Positions 1 to 9,897 of a stretch of 64,000 nucleotides of DNA are shown here, piece after piece. The position numbers were made by a program, and so were the translations under genes. Under the pieces are notes generated by a model that did no database searches, was not told the origin of the DNA, and was given only the letters and a program-made list of their open reading frames with translations. The stretch is from Candidatus Spongiisociaceae bacterium (GTDB lineage: Bacteria; Actinomycetota; Acidimicrobiia; Spongiisociales; Spongiisociaceae), in assembly GCA_965262915.1 (NCBI GenBank), contig OZ253564.1, positions 3,328,001 to 3,392,000 of the forward strand, given 5' to 3'. Every line of letters starts with the position of its first letter. Position 1 is the first letter of the stretch.

Positions 1-777
1 CACGTCATGGCACACGATTTCGCCCGACATCTCGAAGGGGCCGCCACAGGCCAGGCCTATCCCGCAGTCCGACCCTCCGACATCAGCGCCTATCGCTTCG
101 CGCTTCCGCCCCCCGCCGAGCAACAGGCCATCGCCGAGATGCTGGACTCCATCGACGAGGCGATCGAGCGAACCGAGGCGGTGATCAGTGCCACCGAGCA
201 ATTCCGTGACTCTCTTCGCTGCGAACTGCTCTCTCGTGGCCTCCCTGGATGGCACACCGAGCGGCGCGATGTACCTGGCTTTGGCACCATCCCCGCTGCT
301 TGGAAGGTAGTTCGGCTTGGCGATGTGACCGCGGTCAATCGCCATGGTTGGAATCCGACTGACAGTTCTCCCATCCTGTATCTGGATCTGACCGCCGTTG
401 TCGCACCCGGAAAGCTCTCATCCCCAAGGGAGCTGGCGTCCAGCAATGCGCCCAGTAGAGCTCGGCGCCTCGTACGTTCTCATGACATCCTCGTCAGCAC
501 TGTTCGCCCCAATCTCAGGAGTTTCGCCCGCGTTCGCCAAGCTCCCGACAACCTGGTCGCCTCGACAGGCTTTACCGTACTGACCCCACTACCCACAACC
601 GATGCTTCCCTGATATTCCATCACGTCATGGCACACGATTTCGCCCGACATCTCGAAGGGGCCGCCACAGGCCAGGCCTATCCCGCAGTCCGACCCTCCG
701 ACATCAGCGCCTATCGCTTCGCGCTTCCGCCCCCCGCCGAGCAACAGGCCATCGCCGAGGTGCTGGACTCCATCGAC
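1..777 (+). repeat. 156-bp near-perfect direct repeat within hsdS (1-156 vs 622-777)
   Basis: Direct comparison shows identity except one A/G (139 vs 760, Met vs Val); the repeat runs to the window edge. Confidence 0.9.
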
Positions 778-903
778 AACGCCATTGAACATCACGAACG
801 AGACCGGGAGGCTTTGAACGAAGCGAAGGAGTCGACTGCTGAGGCATTGCTCGCAGGACGTCTGCGGATACCTGTCGCAGCCATGAGAGGTAACAGTGAC
901 TAG
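1..903 (+). CDS. hsdS: Type I restriction-modification specificity subunit HsdS (5' end outside the window)
   Basis: Two copies of the conserved LPPPAEQQAIAExLDSID motif, central GTIPAAWKVVRLGDV and TRD-type DILVSTVRP; overlaps the start of hsdR. Confidence 0.93.
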   Translation, partial: HVMAHDFARHLEGAATGQAYPAVRPSDISAYRFALPPPAEQQAIAEMLDSIDEAIERTEAVISATEQFRDSLRCELLSRGLPGWHTERRDVPGFGTIPAAWKVVRLGDVTAVNRHGWNPTDSSPILYLDLTAVVAPGKLSSPRELASSNAPSRARRLVRSHDILVSTVRPNLRSFARVRQAPDNLVASTGFTVLTPLPTTDASLIFHHVMAHDFARHLEGAATGQAYPAVRPSDISAYRFALPPPAEQQAIAEVLDSIDNAIEHHERDREALNEAKESTAEALLAGRLRIPVAAMRGNSD

Positions 904-3900
904 GAGATCCGATGATCTCACCGCTGCCGAGGAGCCGGCCCGGCAGTTGCTGGAGCGCATCGGATGGATCCATCTTCCCAGTGATGTCTTGGCAGGAGAG
1001 CGCCCCGGTGAACGGGCGGTCCTGCTGGAGCGACGGCTGACCAGGGCCCTGTTGAGAATCAATGAGTGGATGACCGGTGGCCACGCAGAGCGGGTCATTT
1101 TCGAGCTGGAGAACATCGATTCCACCGGGATGGCCCGCAACCAAGCCGTCCACGAATACCTCACGTACGGTATGCCGCTCGCCGTGGACGGTCCGGGCGG
1201 GCGGCGCACGCGCATCGTGCGCTTCTTCGACTTCGCGCATCCGACCGGCGGGCTCAACGAGTTCGTGTTCACCACAACGGGGTACCGGGTCCGCCGAGAT
1301 GCCACCCGCGTGATCAGGCCGGACCTGGTGCTATTCGTGAACGGGATCCCGCTGGTGGTGATCGAGGCCAGGGCGCCCCACCTGCTGTGGCAGCAGGAAG
1401 CGATACACCAACTGCGGCGGTACCAGGAGACCGGGACGAAGTGGCGTGGCGCGGGAGCGCCGCGGCTCTTCCACTACAACCTGTTGTGCGTAGCCCACTC
1501 GGTCGACGGGGCGGTCTTCGGCACGCTCGGGGCGCCGGAGAACGCCTACGTCGAATGGAAGTCGGCGCCGGCCCATTCCGACAACGAGGTTCGGGAGCCT
1601 TCCGGCGTGGAACCGCTCGGACAGCCACGGTTGATCGAGGGGTTGCTGGCGCCGGCCACCCTGGTGGACATCCTGCGCGACTACGTGGTCTTCGAACCGG
1701 ACGGGGGTCGCATCGTCAAGAAAGTCCCCCGCTACCAGCAGTACCGGGCCGTCAACAGGGCGCTCGAGCGCGTCCTGAGGGGTAGGAGACCGGAAGACCG
1801 GGGCGGGGTGGTCTGGCACACCCAGGGCTCCGGCAAGTCCCTGACCATGCTGTGGCTGGCCACCAAGCTACGCCGCGAGCCGCGACTGCGGTCGCCGATC
1901 ATCGTGGTGGTGACCGACCGCCGCCAGCTCGACCGCCAGATCTCGGCCACGTTCAGGCGGTGCGGGTTTCCCGCACCCGAGCAGGCCGGCAGCGGTCGCC
2001 ACCTGAGGCGTCTCCTGACCACCGGGGCAGGCCGCACGATCATGACCACCATCCAGAAGTTCGAAGAGGCTCTGGTCGCCCCGCGCGAAGGCCCTTACGT
2101 GCTGAACCCCTCGGAGCGGGTGGTGGTCATGGTGGACGAGGCACACCGTACCCAGTACGGGACGCTGGGAACAGCCATGTCCGGAGCACTCCCCAACGCG
2201 GTTCTCATAGGCTTCACGGGCACGCCCATCGACAAGGGTTTCCGCCGTAGCACGATGCGACGCTTCGGACCCCTCATCGATTCCTACACGATCCCGCAGT
2301 CGGTCGACGACGGGGCCACGGTACCGATCCTCTACGAGGCTCGGCTGCCGGACCTCTCCGTAGAGGGTCGCGAGCAGCTCGACCGGCTGTTCGCGGCCTT
2401 GTTCGGACACGAACCTGTCGAGACCCAGGCGCGGATACGGAGGCGCTACGCCAACAAGGAGACGGTCGCCGAGGCAGAACGCCGCATCGAGATGATCGCC
2501 CTCGACATCGCCGAGCACTTCACCCAGAAAGTGCGACCCAGCGGGTTCAAGGCCCTGGTGGCGGCGCCCAGTCGCAGGGCGGCCCTCCGCTACACGGAGC
2601 ACCTTCGCAGCCTCGGTCTGCGTACCTACCCGATCATCACCACCACCCCCAAGGACGGAGCGGAGTTCGACGAGGCTCGCCGTCTCGACCAGAGCCGGAT
2701 CGTCAGCGCGTTCAAAGACCCCGCGGGCTGCCCGGAGATCCTGGTGGTGGTCAACATGCTGCTCACCGGGTTCGACGCCCCCGTGGAACAGGTTCTCTAC
2801 CTGGACCGGTCACTGAAGGAGCACGCCCTCCTCCAGGCCATCGCCCGGGTGAACCGGCGCTTCTCCCACGTCAAGGACGGCGTACCGACCGAGAAGAGCC
2901 ACGGTCTGGTCGTCGACTACCACGGCGTGTCGCGACATCTACAGAGAGCGCTCTCGAGCTTCGAGTGGCCGGATGTCCGGGACTCGATGCAGGAGCTCGA
3001 AGAGGATCCAGCTCCGGTGATCGAGGCCGCGCTCACCCGGGCCGAAGCCCATTTCAAGGGTCTGGATCTCGACGACCACTGGGAATGCGTCCTCGCCTTC
3101 GGGCCCGAGACCACGAGCGATGCGCGAGTCAAGGCCGACCTCTATGCCCTCTTCGACACCGACTACCGCCACTGCTCGCGCCTACTGGACCGTTTCCTCC
3201 CGGACCCCCGCTCGCTGCAATACCTGGGACGTTTCACGCGCCTCACCAAGATACGTTCCTACGTGCGAGCCCAGTTTCTCCAGGAGGACGCCGCCACCGA
3301 CTGGACCGCGATCGGAGCCAAGGTCAAGAAGCTGATCGACCGGCGCATCGACGCCCAGGTCCGGTTGCTGATGAAGCCCGTGTCAGTACTGGACCGGGAC
3401 TTCGACCGGAAGATCGCCTCGCTGCCCCACGACAAGGCCCGCGCCTCGGTGATGGAACACGCCATCCGGGCCCAGATCATCAACCGCCTGGAGGAAAACC
3501 CCGTCTTCTTCGAGAAGCTCTCGGCGCGGCTCGGCAAGATCATCGAAGACCTCCGCCGGCGGGTGATAGACACCGCCGAAGCGGCTCGAGGGTTGGGGGA
3601 GCTGCAACAGATGCTGCTGAGCGAAGCCGACATCGCCACCGAGCACGGCTTCACCGCGGTCTCCTTCGCGATCTACGAGCTGCTCGCCGGCACACCCCAA
3701 GAGCCCCGGAATACCGGGGCCACGGGGGAGGAACCGCTCCGGTACCGCTTCGAGCCGGACGAAGCCACCAGGAACGCCGCGCTCTCGATCGAGAGCCTCC
3801 TCGACCATCACCGCACCGTCATCGACTGGCAATCGAACCTCGAAGTACGACGGGAGATGCGCCGGGACATCAAGCGCCACCTGCGTGGGACCGGCGACTA

Positions 3901-3991
3901 CACCGAGGAACGCCTCGACGATCTGGCCCACCGCATCGTGGCGGTGGCCGGACGGAGAACCGATCGTGACCCTCGACGCTCGCCCCTCTAG
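896..3991 (+). CDS. hsdR: Type I restriction endonuclease subunit HsdR
   Basis: RPDLVLFVNGIPLVVIEAR nuclease motif, QxxRY, WHTQGSGKS Walker A, DEAH, FTGTP, MLLTGFDAP, QAIARVNR. Confidence 0.96.
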   Translation: MTRRSDDLTAAEEPARQLLERIGWIHLPSDVLAGERPGERAVLLERRLTRALLRINEWMTGGHAERVIFELENIDSTGMARNQAVHEYLTYGMPLAVDGPGGRRTRIVRFFDFAHPTGGLNEFVFTTTGYRVRRDATRVIRPDLVLFVNGIPLVVIEARAPHLLWQQEAIHQLRRYQETGTKWRGAGAPRLFHYNLLCVAHSVDGAVFGTLGAPENAYVEWKSAPAHSDNEVREPSGVEPLGQPRLIEGLLAPATLVDILRDYVVFEPDGGRIVKKVPRYQQYRAVNRALERVLRGRRPEDRGGVVWHTQGSGKSLTMLWLATKLRREPRLRSPIIVVVTDRRQLDRQISATFRRCGFPAPEQAGSGRHLRRLLTTGAGRTIMTTIQKFEEALVAPREGPYVLNPSERVVVMVDEAHRTQYGTLGTAMSGALPNAVLIGFTGTPIDKGFRRSTMRRFGPLIDSYTIPQSVDDGATVPILYEARLPDLSVEGREQLDRLFAALFGHEPVETQARIRRRYANKETVAEAERRIEMIALDIAEHFTQKVRPSGFKALVAAPSRRAALRYTEHLRSLGLRTYPIITTTPKDGAEFDEARRLDQSRIVSAFKDPAGCPEILVVVNMLLTGFDAPVEQVLYLDRSLKEHALLQAIARVNRRFSHVKDGVPTEKSHGLVVDYHGVSRHLQRALSSFEWPDVRDSMQELEEDPAPVIEAALTRAEAHFKGLDLDDHWECVLAFGPETTSDARVKADLYALFDTDYRHCSRLLDRFLPDPRSLQYLGRFTRLTKIRSYVRAQFLQEDAATDWTAIGAKVKKLIDRRIDAQVRLLMKPVSVLDRDFDRKIASLPHDKARASVMEHAIRAQIINRLEENPVFFEKLSARLGKIIEDLRRRVIDTAEAARGLGELQQMLLSEADIATEHGFTAVSFAIYELLAGTPQEPRNTGATGEEPLRYRFEPDEATRNAALSIESLLDHHRTVIDWQSNLEVRREMRRDIKRHLRGTGDYTEERLDDLAHRIVAVAGRRTDRDPRRSPL

Positions 3992-5754
3992 GAGGGTGCT
4001 GAGCAATCCGTCTGAAGGGGTGCTGCTTGAACCCTGGGATGTGCTGTTGGCTGGTGTGGGTTGGTGGGAGGCTGCCGGTTGGGGGGTGGTGGTGCTGGTT
4101 GTCGGGGTGGAGTTGCCCCGGTTTTTGGGGTTGCCGGTGGGTTTGGTGGTTTAGGTGGGGTTGAGTGCCCAGCCGGTGGTTGTGTGGGTGAGTCCGAGGT
4201 TGATGAGGCGTTGTAGGTTGATGGCTGCTGTTGGGGTGGTGAGCCATTGCTGGTTGGGTTTGATTCCTCGGTGTGGGACACGTCTGGGGTTGCGGCGGGT
4301 GAGCCAGGCGATGGTCCGCTCGACGGACGGCCGGTGGTTCCGGTAGGTGTCCTGCGTTTCTTCTTTGGCCCACCGTGCTTTGTTCGCGGCGCGACGGTCG
4401 TGGTGTTTGTCGACTGCGATGGTCCGTCCACGCTTGGAGGTGGTGCATCGTGCCCGCAGGGGGCAGCCGTTGCACCGCTTGGCGAACGGGGCGGTACCAC
4501 CGGGGCGTATACGGGTGGTGTGCCCGGCGGGACACGTCACCGTCCGGGCTCCGGTGTCGACCTCGAAGTCGTCGCGGTGGAACCCGTCTTCGATGTGGGG
4601 TTTGCGTACGATTGGTTTGGTCACCGGGGTGTGACCAAGATCGTCGAACGTTTCAAGCGCCGCACCGGACGCGTACGCGGAGTCGGCGACGATTTCGGCA
4701 CCCGGGGGTGCTTCGGCAACGAGATCCGCAATGCTGTCGGCGTCTGGGGTGTTGGCAGCGGTTAGGTGGGCGGCGGTGACCAGCCCGGTTTCGGGTTCGG
4801 TAGTCACATGGGCCTTGTACCCGTCCCGTTTGCGGGTCCGGGTCTTGTGACCGTGCCTGGCTTCGGGGTCCACCGTCGATATGGTCCGATCCTTGGGCCA
4901 CACGCCGCGCTATCCGCCATCGGCCTTCCCGGTGGGGATCCGGTTCCACATCTTGGCCCGTAACCACTCCCAACAGACCTATTGCGTCGGCCTGTTCGGG
5001 GTTCAGCTTTATGTCCTCCACCCCTTCGATCAGCGCCAGCCCGTCGGTGACCAAACCGTTGATCAGTTCCGATCGGCTGTCGGGATCGGACCAGTCACAG
5101 GACGGTTTCGCCTTCGATTCGTAGTCATGGGCCACCAGCACCAGGTCGGCTGCCTGCGGGATCAGACGTCGGCAACGCCTTATCTGCGACGAGATCATCG
5201 TCACCGTGTCCCCGGTAGCAACCGCGTCGTGCAGAATGGTCGAGTCCAACGCACGGCGTCCCCTGTTCGCCAACACCCCACAGGCGGCGACCACCTCCCG
5301 CACCGCGTCGAAGATACGCTCAGGACGGTCACTCGCCCTAAGCCTCGCTCGCCACAACGTCAGCACCGTCGGGTGGAACCCCCCATCGGTCAACGACAGA
5401 CCAGCCGCCGCTTTCCAAGCTATGTCACGACGCAGCCGCTGGACCGCTTCCCGATCCGACAGGCCCTCCAACGCCTGGAGGACCATCACCGCCCCAATCA
5501 CCGAGCCCGGTATCGACGGGCGGCCCCGCGGGCCGAACAAATCCCCAAACATCTCAGCGGGAAACAGACGCCGGCGGTGCTCAGCCAAAAACTGATACAC
5601 CGAACCCTCCGGAACCAACTCCCCACACAGTTCCATAGCGTCCAGAAACTCACGATCACCACGTTCACTACCCTGCATACCACCTACAATAATCCCAACA
5701 AACCCAAAACGCGAACAAGCCAACACCCAACAGACCGACTAAATCAGCAGTCCC
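3992..5754 (-). mobile_element. IS1182-family insertion sequence
   Basis: Flanked by CTAG duplication (3988-3991, 5755-5758); imperfect terminal IRs GAGGGTGCTGAGCAATCC / GGGACTGCTGATTTAGTC; encodes a DDE transposase. Confidence 0.85.
4151..5678 (-). pseudogene. IS1182-family transposase, frameshifted near 4895
   Basis: N-part GRPSIP..LQALEGLSDREA..ALDST; C-part ISTVDPEARHGHK..GYKAH..VADSAY..CPAG..CxxCPLRARC..R..VER. One extra base in a GGG run joins RIARRVA to KDRTIST. Start approximate. Confidence 0.85.
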
Positions 5755-5758
5755 CTAG

Positions 5759-6004
5759 GAGGGTGGTGTAAAACCCCTACACGGCCCGTCGACCGATAAC
5801 ATAATGCCTGTTCAGAGAAAGACGGGCCGTTGCTCCCCAACGTTTTGGAGGGTGCGCGGATAGGCGGACACGACTGCTCCTATCCGTAGACCCAACCCGG
5901 TTTCCCGCCGGAGAACCCCTGGTCAGGGTCGTGGACTCGTCAACCGTCGCGGTCACTGTCTCCCCACGTGAGCACCTATCCGCGCACCCTCTTGGACCAC
6001 CCTC
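5759..6004. mobile_element. MITE-like element (99 bp once the nested insert is removed)
   Basis: Ends GAGGGTGGTGTAAAAC / GTTTTGGACCACCCTC; closely similar to the reverse complement of 53053-53150. Confidence 0.8.
5848..5991. mobile_element. Nested 144-bp MITE
   Basis: Perfect 17-bp terminal IR GAGGGTGCGCGGATAGG / CCTATCCGCGCACCCTC; TTG repeated on both sides. Confidence 0.8.
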
Positions 6005-6008
6005 CTAT

Positions 6009-6105
6009 TAAGGTGGTTAAAACCCCCGGTTGGCCCGGCGATAGATGGCAGAAGGCCACGTCAGCGCACGAAGAGCCAACCATTTACCCGTATTCGAGCA
6101 CCCGC
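6009..6105. mobile_element. Degenerate member of the ~99-bp MITE family
   Basis: Begins TAAGGTGGTTAAAACCCC, ends GAGCACCCGC; internal GGTTGGC/GCCAACC stem; loop AAGGCCACGTCAG. Confidence 0.5.
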
Positions 6106-6385
6106 CTGGTGTCATCGACTCCGACCCGGGATATGAGGCCCCACCGGACACTTCCAGCGACAGGGGTCTAGACGCGGCGGCTCGATCGGTGTACCAATTG
6201 GAGACAGGGGATGAGGCTCATCACACCCGATGAGGTACGCCAGGCGCGGACGTGTCGGACATACGGGAAGGGCTCTGGGTCAACGCCGAAGCGTGATCGA
6301 CTTCCGCCAGGGAGGGCATGAAGATGAGGTACCTCGGCGAGCCGGTCCAGGCCGGGTCGCCGGGATGCGCGGGAAGGGGCCCGGA

Positions 6386-7120
6386 GTGACCGATCGAGAC
6401 TCCATCAGGTACGGCGACACCACCATCCACTACGAGATCCGCCGCAGCGAGCGCCGCAAGAAGACCGTAGAGGTCAAGGTGAGCCGGGATGGGGTGCGCG
6501 TCTACGCGCCCAGTGCCATGGACGACGAGAGCCTGAGGAAGTTCGTCCGTGAGAAGGCACATTGGATACTCGACCACCTGGCCCGGCTGGAGGAAATCGA
6601 ACCGGTTCGGTTCGTCAACGGTGAGACCCTCCCCTACCTGGGCTATGACATCCCGATGGTCTTCGATACCTGTGACGTTCGCTCACCGGAGGTCAGTTTC
6701 GATCAACGGTCCTTCAGGGTGATGGAACCTCCAGGTCTGGTAGGCGAGTCTCGTCTCGAACTTGTCGGCCGCGCCTTCCTCGGCTGGTACTGCGCCCGCG
6801 GGACGGAGTGGATACCCGCCGCCGTCGACCGTTGGTGGCCGGTACTCGGCCGCGGACCCAGATCCAGGGTCCTGATCCGCAACCAGCGTACGAGGTGGGC
6901 AAGTTGCGGAGTCGATGGAACGCTCCGTTTCAACTGGCGGGTCATGATGCTCGAACCGGGGCTGATCGATTACGTGGTCGTGCATGAACTCGCCCACCTG
7001 ACAGTGCGGGGCCACTCACGCGACTTCTGGGACGTGGTGCGCAAGGCCATGCCCGACATGGCGCAACGGCGGAAACGTCTCAAGGAGGTAGCCGTCGGCA
7101 TTCACATGCGGTTCACTTGA
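6386..7120 (+). CDS. M48/SprT-like metallopeptidase (YgjP/DUF45 type) associated with type I RM
   Basis: YEIRRSERRKKT N-terminus, QRTRWASC, FNWR, DYVVVHELAH..H zinc motif; usual position after hsdR. Confidence 0.9.
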   Translation: MTDRDSIRYGDTTIHYEIRRSERRKKTVEVKVSRDGVRVYAPSAMDDESLRKFVREKAHWILDHLARLEEIEPVRFVNGETLPYLGYDIPMVFDTCDVRSPEVSFDQRSFRVMEPPGLVGESRLELVGRAFLGWYCARGTEWIPAAVDRWWPVLGRGPRSRVLIRNQRTRWASCGVDGTLRFNWRVMMLEPGLIDYVVVHELAHLTVRGHSRDFWDVVRKAMPDMAQRRKRLKEVAVGIHMRFT

Positions 7121-7137
7121 TGTATACTGTGCTGTAT

Positions 7138-7356
7138 ATGCCGGCAACTCGCACACAGATCTACCTGACGAGCGAACAGCGAGAGGGAATCGACGCCATG
7201 ACCCGGATGACCGGCCTGTCGATGGCGGAGATCATCCGGCGGGCTGTCGATCTCTTCCTGGATCGGTACCCCGACCCGGCTCCCGCCCTGGACGCCACCT
7301 TCGGTGCTGTTCCCGACGCGGTCGCGCCCGGCAGGGACGAGTGGGAACGTGGCTGA
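7138..7356 (+). CDS. RHH/CopG antitoxin (VapB-like)
   Basis: RTQIYLTSEQ..SMAEIIRRAVD; overlaps downstream PIN gene. Confidence 0.85.
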   Translation: MPATRTQIYLTSEQREGIDAMTRMTGLSMAEIIRRAVDLFLDRYPDPAPALDATFGAVPDAVAPGRDEWERG

Positions 7357-7711
7357 TCTTCTCCTCGATACCGACATCTTCATCGACCACCTGAGAGGAG
7401 CCATGAGGCTCGAGCCCCTTCACCACAGGGTCCACTACTCGGTGATCACCAGGGCTGAGCTGTTTGCGGGCGCGGGCCGGAACGAGTCGCCGGTTCGAAT
7501 CCTGCTGGATCCGTTCCGGGAGTTGGGCATCGACCGGGCTGTGGCCCAACGGGCCGGCCGTATCCGACGTGAGTCGCGGATCAGGCTGCCCGATGCTCTG
7601 ATCGCAGCCACGGCCATGGAGCAAGGTCTCAACCTGGTGAGCCGCAATCGACGTGACTTCGGTCGAGTGAAGGATCTCGTGACCTACCCGGCCATACCGA
7701 ACCGGGGTTAG
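7349..7711 (+). CDS. vapC: PIN-domain toxin (VapC family)
   Basis: LLDTDIFID..ITRAEL..PDALIAATA..LVSRNRRDF. Confidence 0.9.
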   Translation: MADLLLDTDIFIDHLRGAMRLEPLHHRVHYSVITRAELFAGAGRNESPVRILLDPFRELGIDRAVAQRAGRIRRESRIRLPDALIAATAMEQGLNLVSRNRRDFGRVKDLVTYPAIPNRG

Positions 7712-8517
7712 CCGGAGACCAGTACCCGGTCGGACGGGTAGGCGGCCATGAAGGTCTGCACGGAGTCGGGTGACCAAGCGGGACCGAGGGGCAGTACCAG
7801 TTCCACCCGGGCTCTCCCCTCGCATGGCCGGCCCCGGCTCACCAGCAGCGTGGTGGTTCCTGCCGTGTGACGCAGCACGTAGCTGTACACGGTCGCGTAC
7901 AGGGCATGGTTGCAGACGCCGGTATCGCCCTGGTCGTGGCTGCCGAGCAGCGCGAAGATGTCTTCGGGCGACTCCGCTCGGTCGAGGCGGCGCTGGGCGG
8001 ATGCCATCCGGTCCTCCGTGGTCACCGTATCGTCGTTGCGGGGATGGATGCCCAACTCGGTGTGGTGGTTGGCTCGGGCGGTGGGCCGCCCGAGCCATAG
8101 CGCGGCCGTCCGCCGGCTCCGTACCTCAACCGCCGCCTGGCTGTCACCGTCGATGAGCACCAGGTTCCCCCACAGATACGGGCGGGCCGCCACCGCCTCC
8201 TGTACCGCCGCCACCCCCGACACCACATCGGTGCCCTCCCGCAGAGCGATCTCCACCAGGTCGTCGTAGTTGGCGTGGTCCGGGAGGGTGCGCACGTTGG
8301 AGTCACACGCCAGCAGCCCCGAGGAGTTGGCCCCGATCGAGAAACCCGAGAACCGGTCCAGCGCCGGGTCGGTACCCGCCCAGGTGGTGATGCCCTCCAC
8401 ACCGAACACATCCCGTTCCAGGACGATGCGGTCGTCGAAACTGGTGCGACCGAAGTCCTTGTTCTTGAACAGCATGAAGTCGTCCGGCCCGAGCCTGAGG
8501 AAACCGGTCGTGCACAT
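7708..8517 (-). CDS. Ntn-hydrolase (C45/choloylglycine-hydrolase-like) with N-terminal Cys
   Basis: Starts MCTTG..FKNKD; GANSSGL and RANH motifs. Confidence 0.7.
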   Translation of the reverse strand: MCTTGFLRLGPDDFMLFKNKDFGRTSFDDRIVLERDVFGVEGITTWAGTDPALDRFSGFSIGANSSGLLACDSNVRTLPDHANYDDLVEIALREGTDVVSGVAAVQEAVAARPYLWGNLVLIDGDSQAAVEVRSRRTAALWLGRPTARANHHTELGIHPRNDDTVTTEDRMASAQRRLDRAESPEDIFALLGSHDQGDTGVCNHALYATVYSYVLRHTAGTTTLLVSRGRPCEGRARVELVLPLGPAWSPDSVQTFMAAYPSDRVLVSG

Positions 8518-8590
8518 CAGGATCCTCCCGCACCGCGTGGCCGCCCCCGATACTACGCGGTCCTCGCCGGGTTCGGTAAGGTTGCCCCCC

Positions 8591-9814
8591 ATGACATCCC
8601 GTTTCCTCGGTCGTGCCGACCGCGCCAGGGTCGAGCGGCTTCTCCTGAGATATGTCGGCACCCATTCCGTCAACCCGGCCTTCGACCGCGGTCCCGGAGA
8701 GTCGGCGCTGGCCGGCCTCCTCCTCGCCGACCTGCGGGCCGACGGCTTCGCGGCGGTCCGCGAGGCGGTTCACCCGGGCGGGCGTGACAACATCGTGGTC
8801 ACCCTGCCGGGCCGCGACGGGGCGCCGGTCGTGATGTTCCACGCCCATCTCGACACGGTGGGCCTGTCAGGCAAGGCCACCACCGAATCCCTCTCATCGG
8901 GGGGCAACGTCTACGGACGAGGGGCGTGCGACACCAAAGGCTCGCTGGTGGCCATGGTCGAGTCGCTCCGCCTGCTCCGGGCGATCGACCCGGCCGAACG
9001 GGCCACCGTGGTGATGGTCGGGGGGATCGACGAGGAGGTGAGCGGCACCGGCGCCCAGGCCCTGGTGGACGCCCATCCCGAGATCGAGATGGCCGTGGTG
9101 GGCGAACCGACCGGTCTGGAGGTCGCCACGGCGCACAAAGGGGTGATCCGCTTCGAGATCGCCACCGTCGGCGTACCGGCTCACTCGTCCAAGCCCCACC
9201 TGGGACGCAACGCCATCCTCGCCATGTCCCGCGTGCTGGACACGCTCGAAACCGAGTACATACCGGCGCTGGATCCCGAGGGCCATCACCTGGCCGGTCC
9301 GGCCACCCTAACCGTCGCGACCATCAGAGGGGGGACCGGTCTCAACGTCGTCCCGGCAGAGTGTGTCATCGGAGTGGACCGCAGGGTCATTCCCGGGGAG
9401 GTCCACGACGATCTCCTCTCGGAGTTAGACGAGCTGCTGGGACGCGTCGACGACGTGCACATGGAACGTCGGGATCCCTTCCTGATCACTTCCGCCCTGG
9501 ACACTCCACCCGATGCTCCGGTGGTCCAAGCCCTCATAGACGCCCGGGAACAGGTGACCGGACACCGCGCCGAACCGATCGGGGTCACCTACGGCACCGA
9601 CGCCTCCTGTTTCGATCCGGCCGGCATCAGATGCGTCATCTTCGGACCCGGGAGCATCGACCAGGCCCATTCCGACGAGGAGTGGGTCGGCATCGAGGAG
9701 ACAGCCCTGGCCGCGGAGATCCTGGCCCAGACCGCCGTGGAGCTGGCCTGCCCGACAACCCGGTTACGGACCGCCACCTCCTCCAACCGCTGCTTGAGTT
9801 CCTCCGGAAAATAG
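8591..9814 (+). CDS. M20 family metallohydrolase (ArgE/DapE-like)
   Basis: HAHLDTV, GRGACDTKG, DEE, GEPT, HKG, AHSS, GTDAS, GPG..QAH; the last ~20 aa appear to be read-through into a remnant. Confidence 0.9.
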   Translation: MTSRFLGRADRARVERLLLRYVGTHSVNPAFDRGPGESALAGLLLADLRADGFAAVREAVHPGGRDNIVVTLPGRDGAPVVMFHAHLDTVGLSGKATTESLSSGGNVYGRGACDTKGSLVAMVESLRLLRAIDPAERATVVMVGGIDEEVSGTGAQALVDAHPEIEMAVVGEPTGLEVATAHKGVIRFEIATVGVPAHSSKPHLGRNAILAMSRVLDTLETEYIPALDPEGHHLAGPATLTVATIRGGTGLNVVPAECVIGVDRRVIPGEVHDDLLSELDELLGRVDDVHMERRDPFLITSALDTPPDAPVVQALIDAREQVTGHRAEPIGVTYGTDASCFDPAGIRCVIFGPGSIDQAHSDEEWVGIEETALAAEILAQTAVELACPTTRLRTATSSNRCLSSSGK

Positions 9815-9831
9815 ACTGCCGTCCGCTTCAT
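9755..9831 (-). pseudogene. Truncated RHH/CopG antitoxin N-terminus
   Basis: MKRTAVYFPEELKQRLEEVAVRNR then runs into the antisense of the M20 gene; upstream TGCCATATC direct repeat may be an operator. Confidence 0.6.
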
Positions 9832-9897
9832 GCCATATCGTCTGCCATATCTCTGTATGGTTGCGAAACGGCCGTCGTACAGCCTCCTCCGCAGGTC

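Noticed and set aside
4020-4150. G/T-rich low-complexity tract resembling a repeat or G-quadruplex array
   Set aside because: It lies inside the IS end and matches the strand skew of the whole element; no regular repeat unit.
5759-6105. Possible CRISPR array (repeated GAGGGTG.. units)
   Set aside because: Repeats are inverted, nested and irregularly spaced; no direct repeat-spacer pattern and no cas genes.
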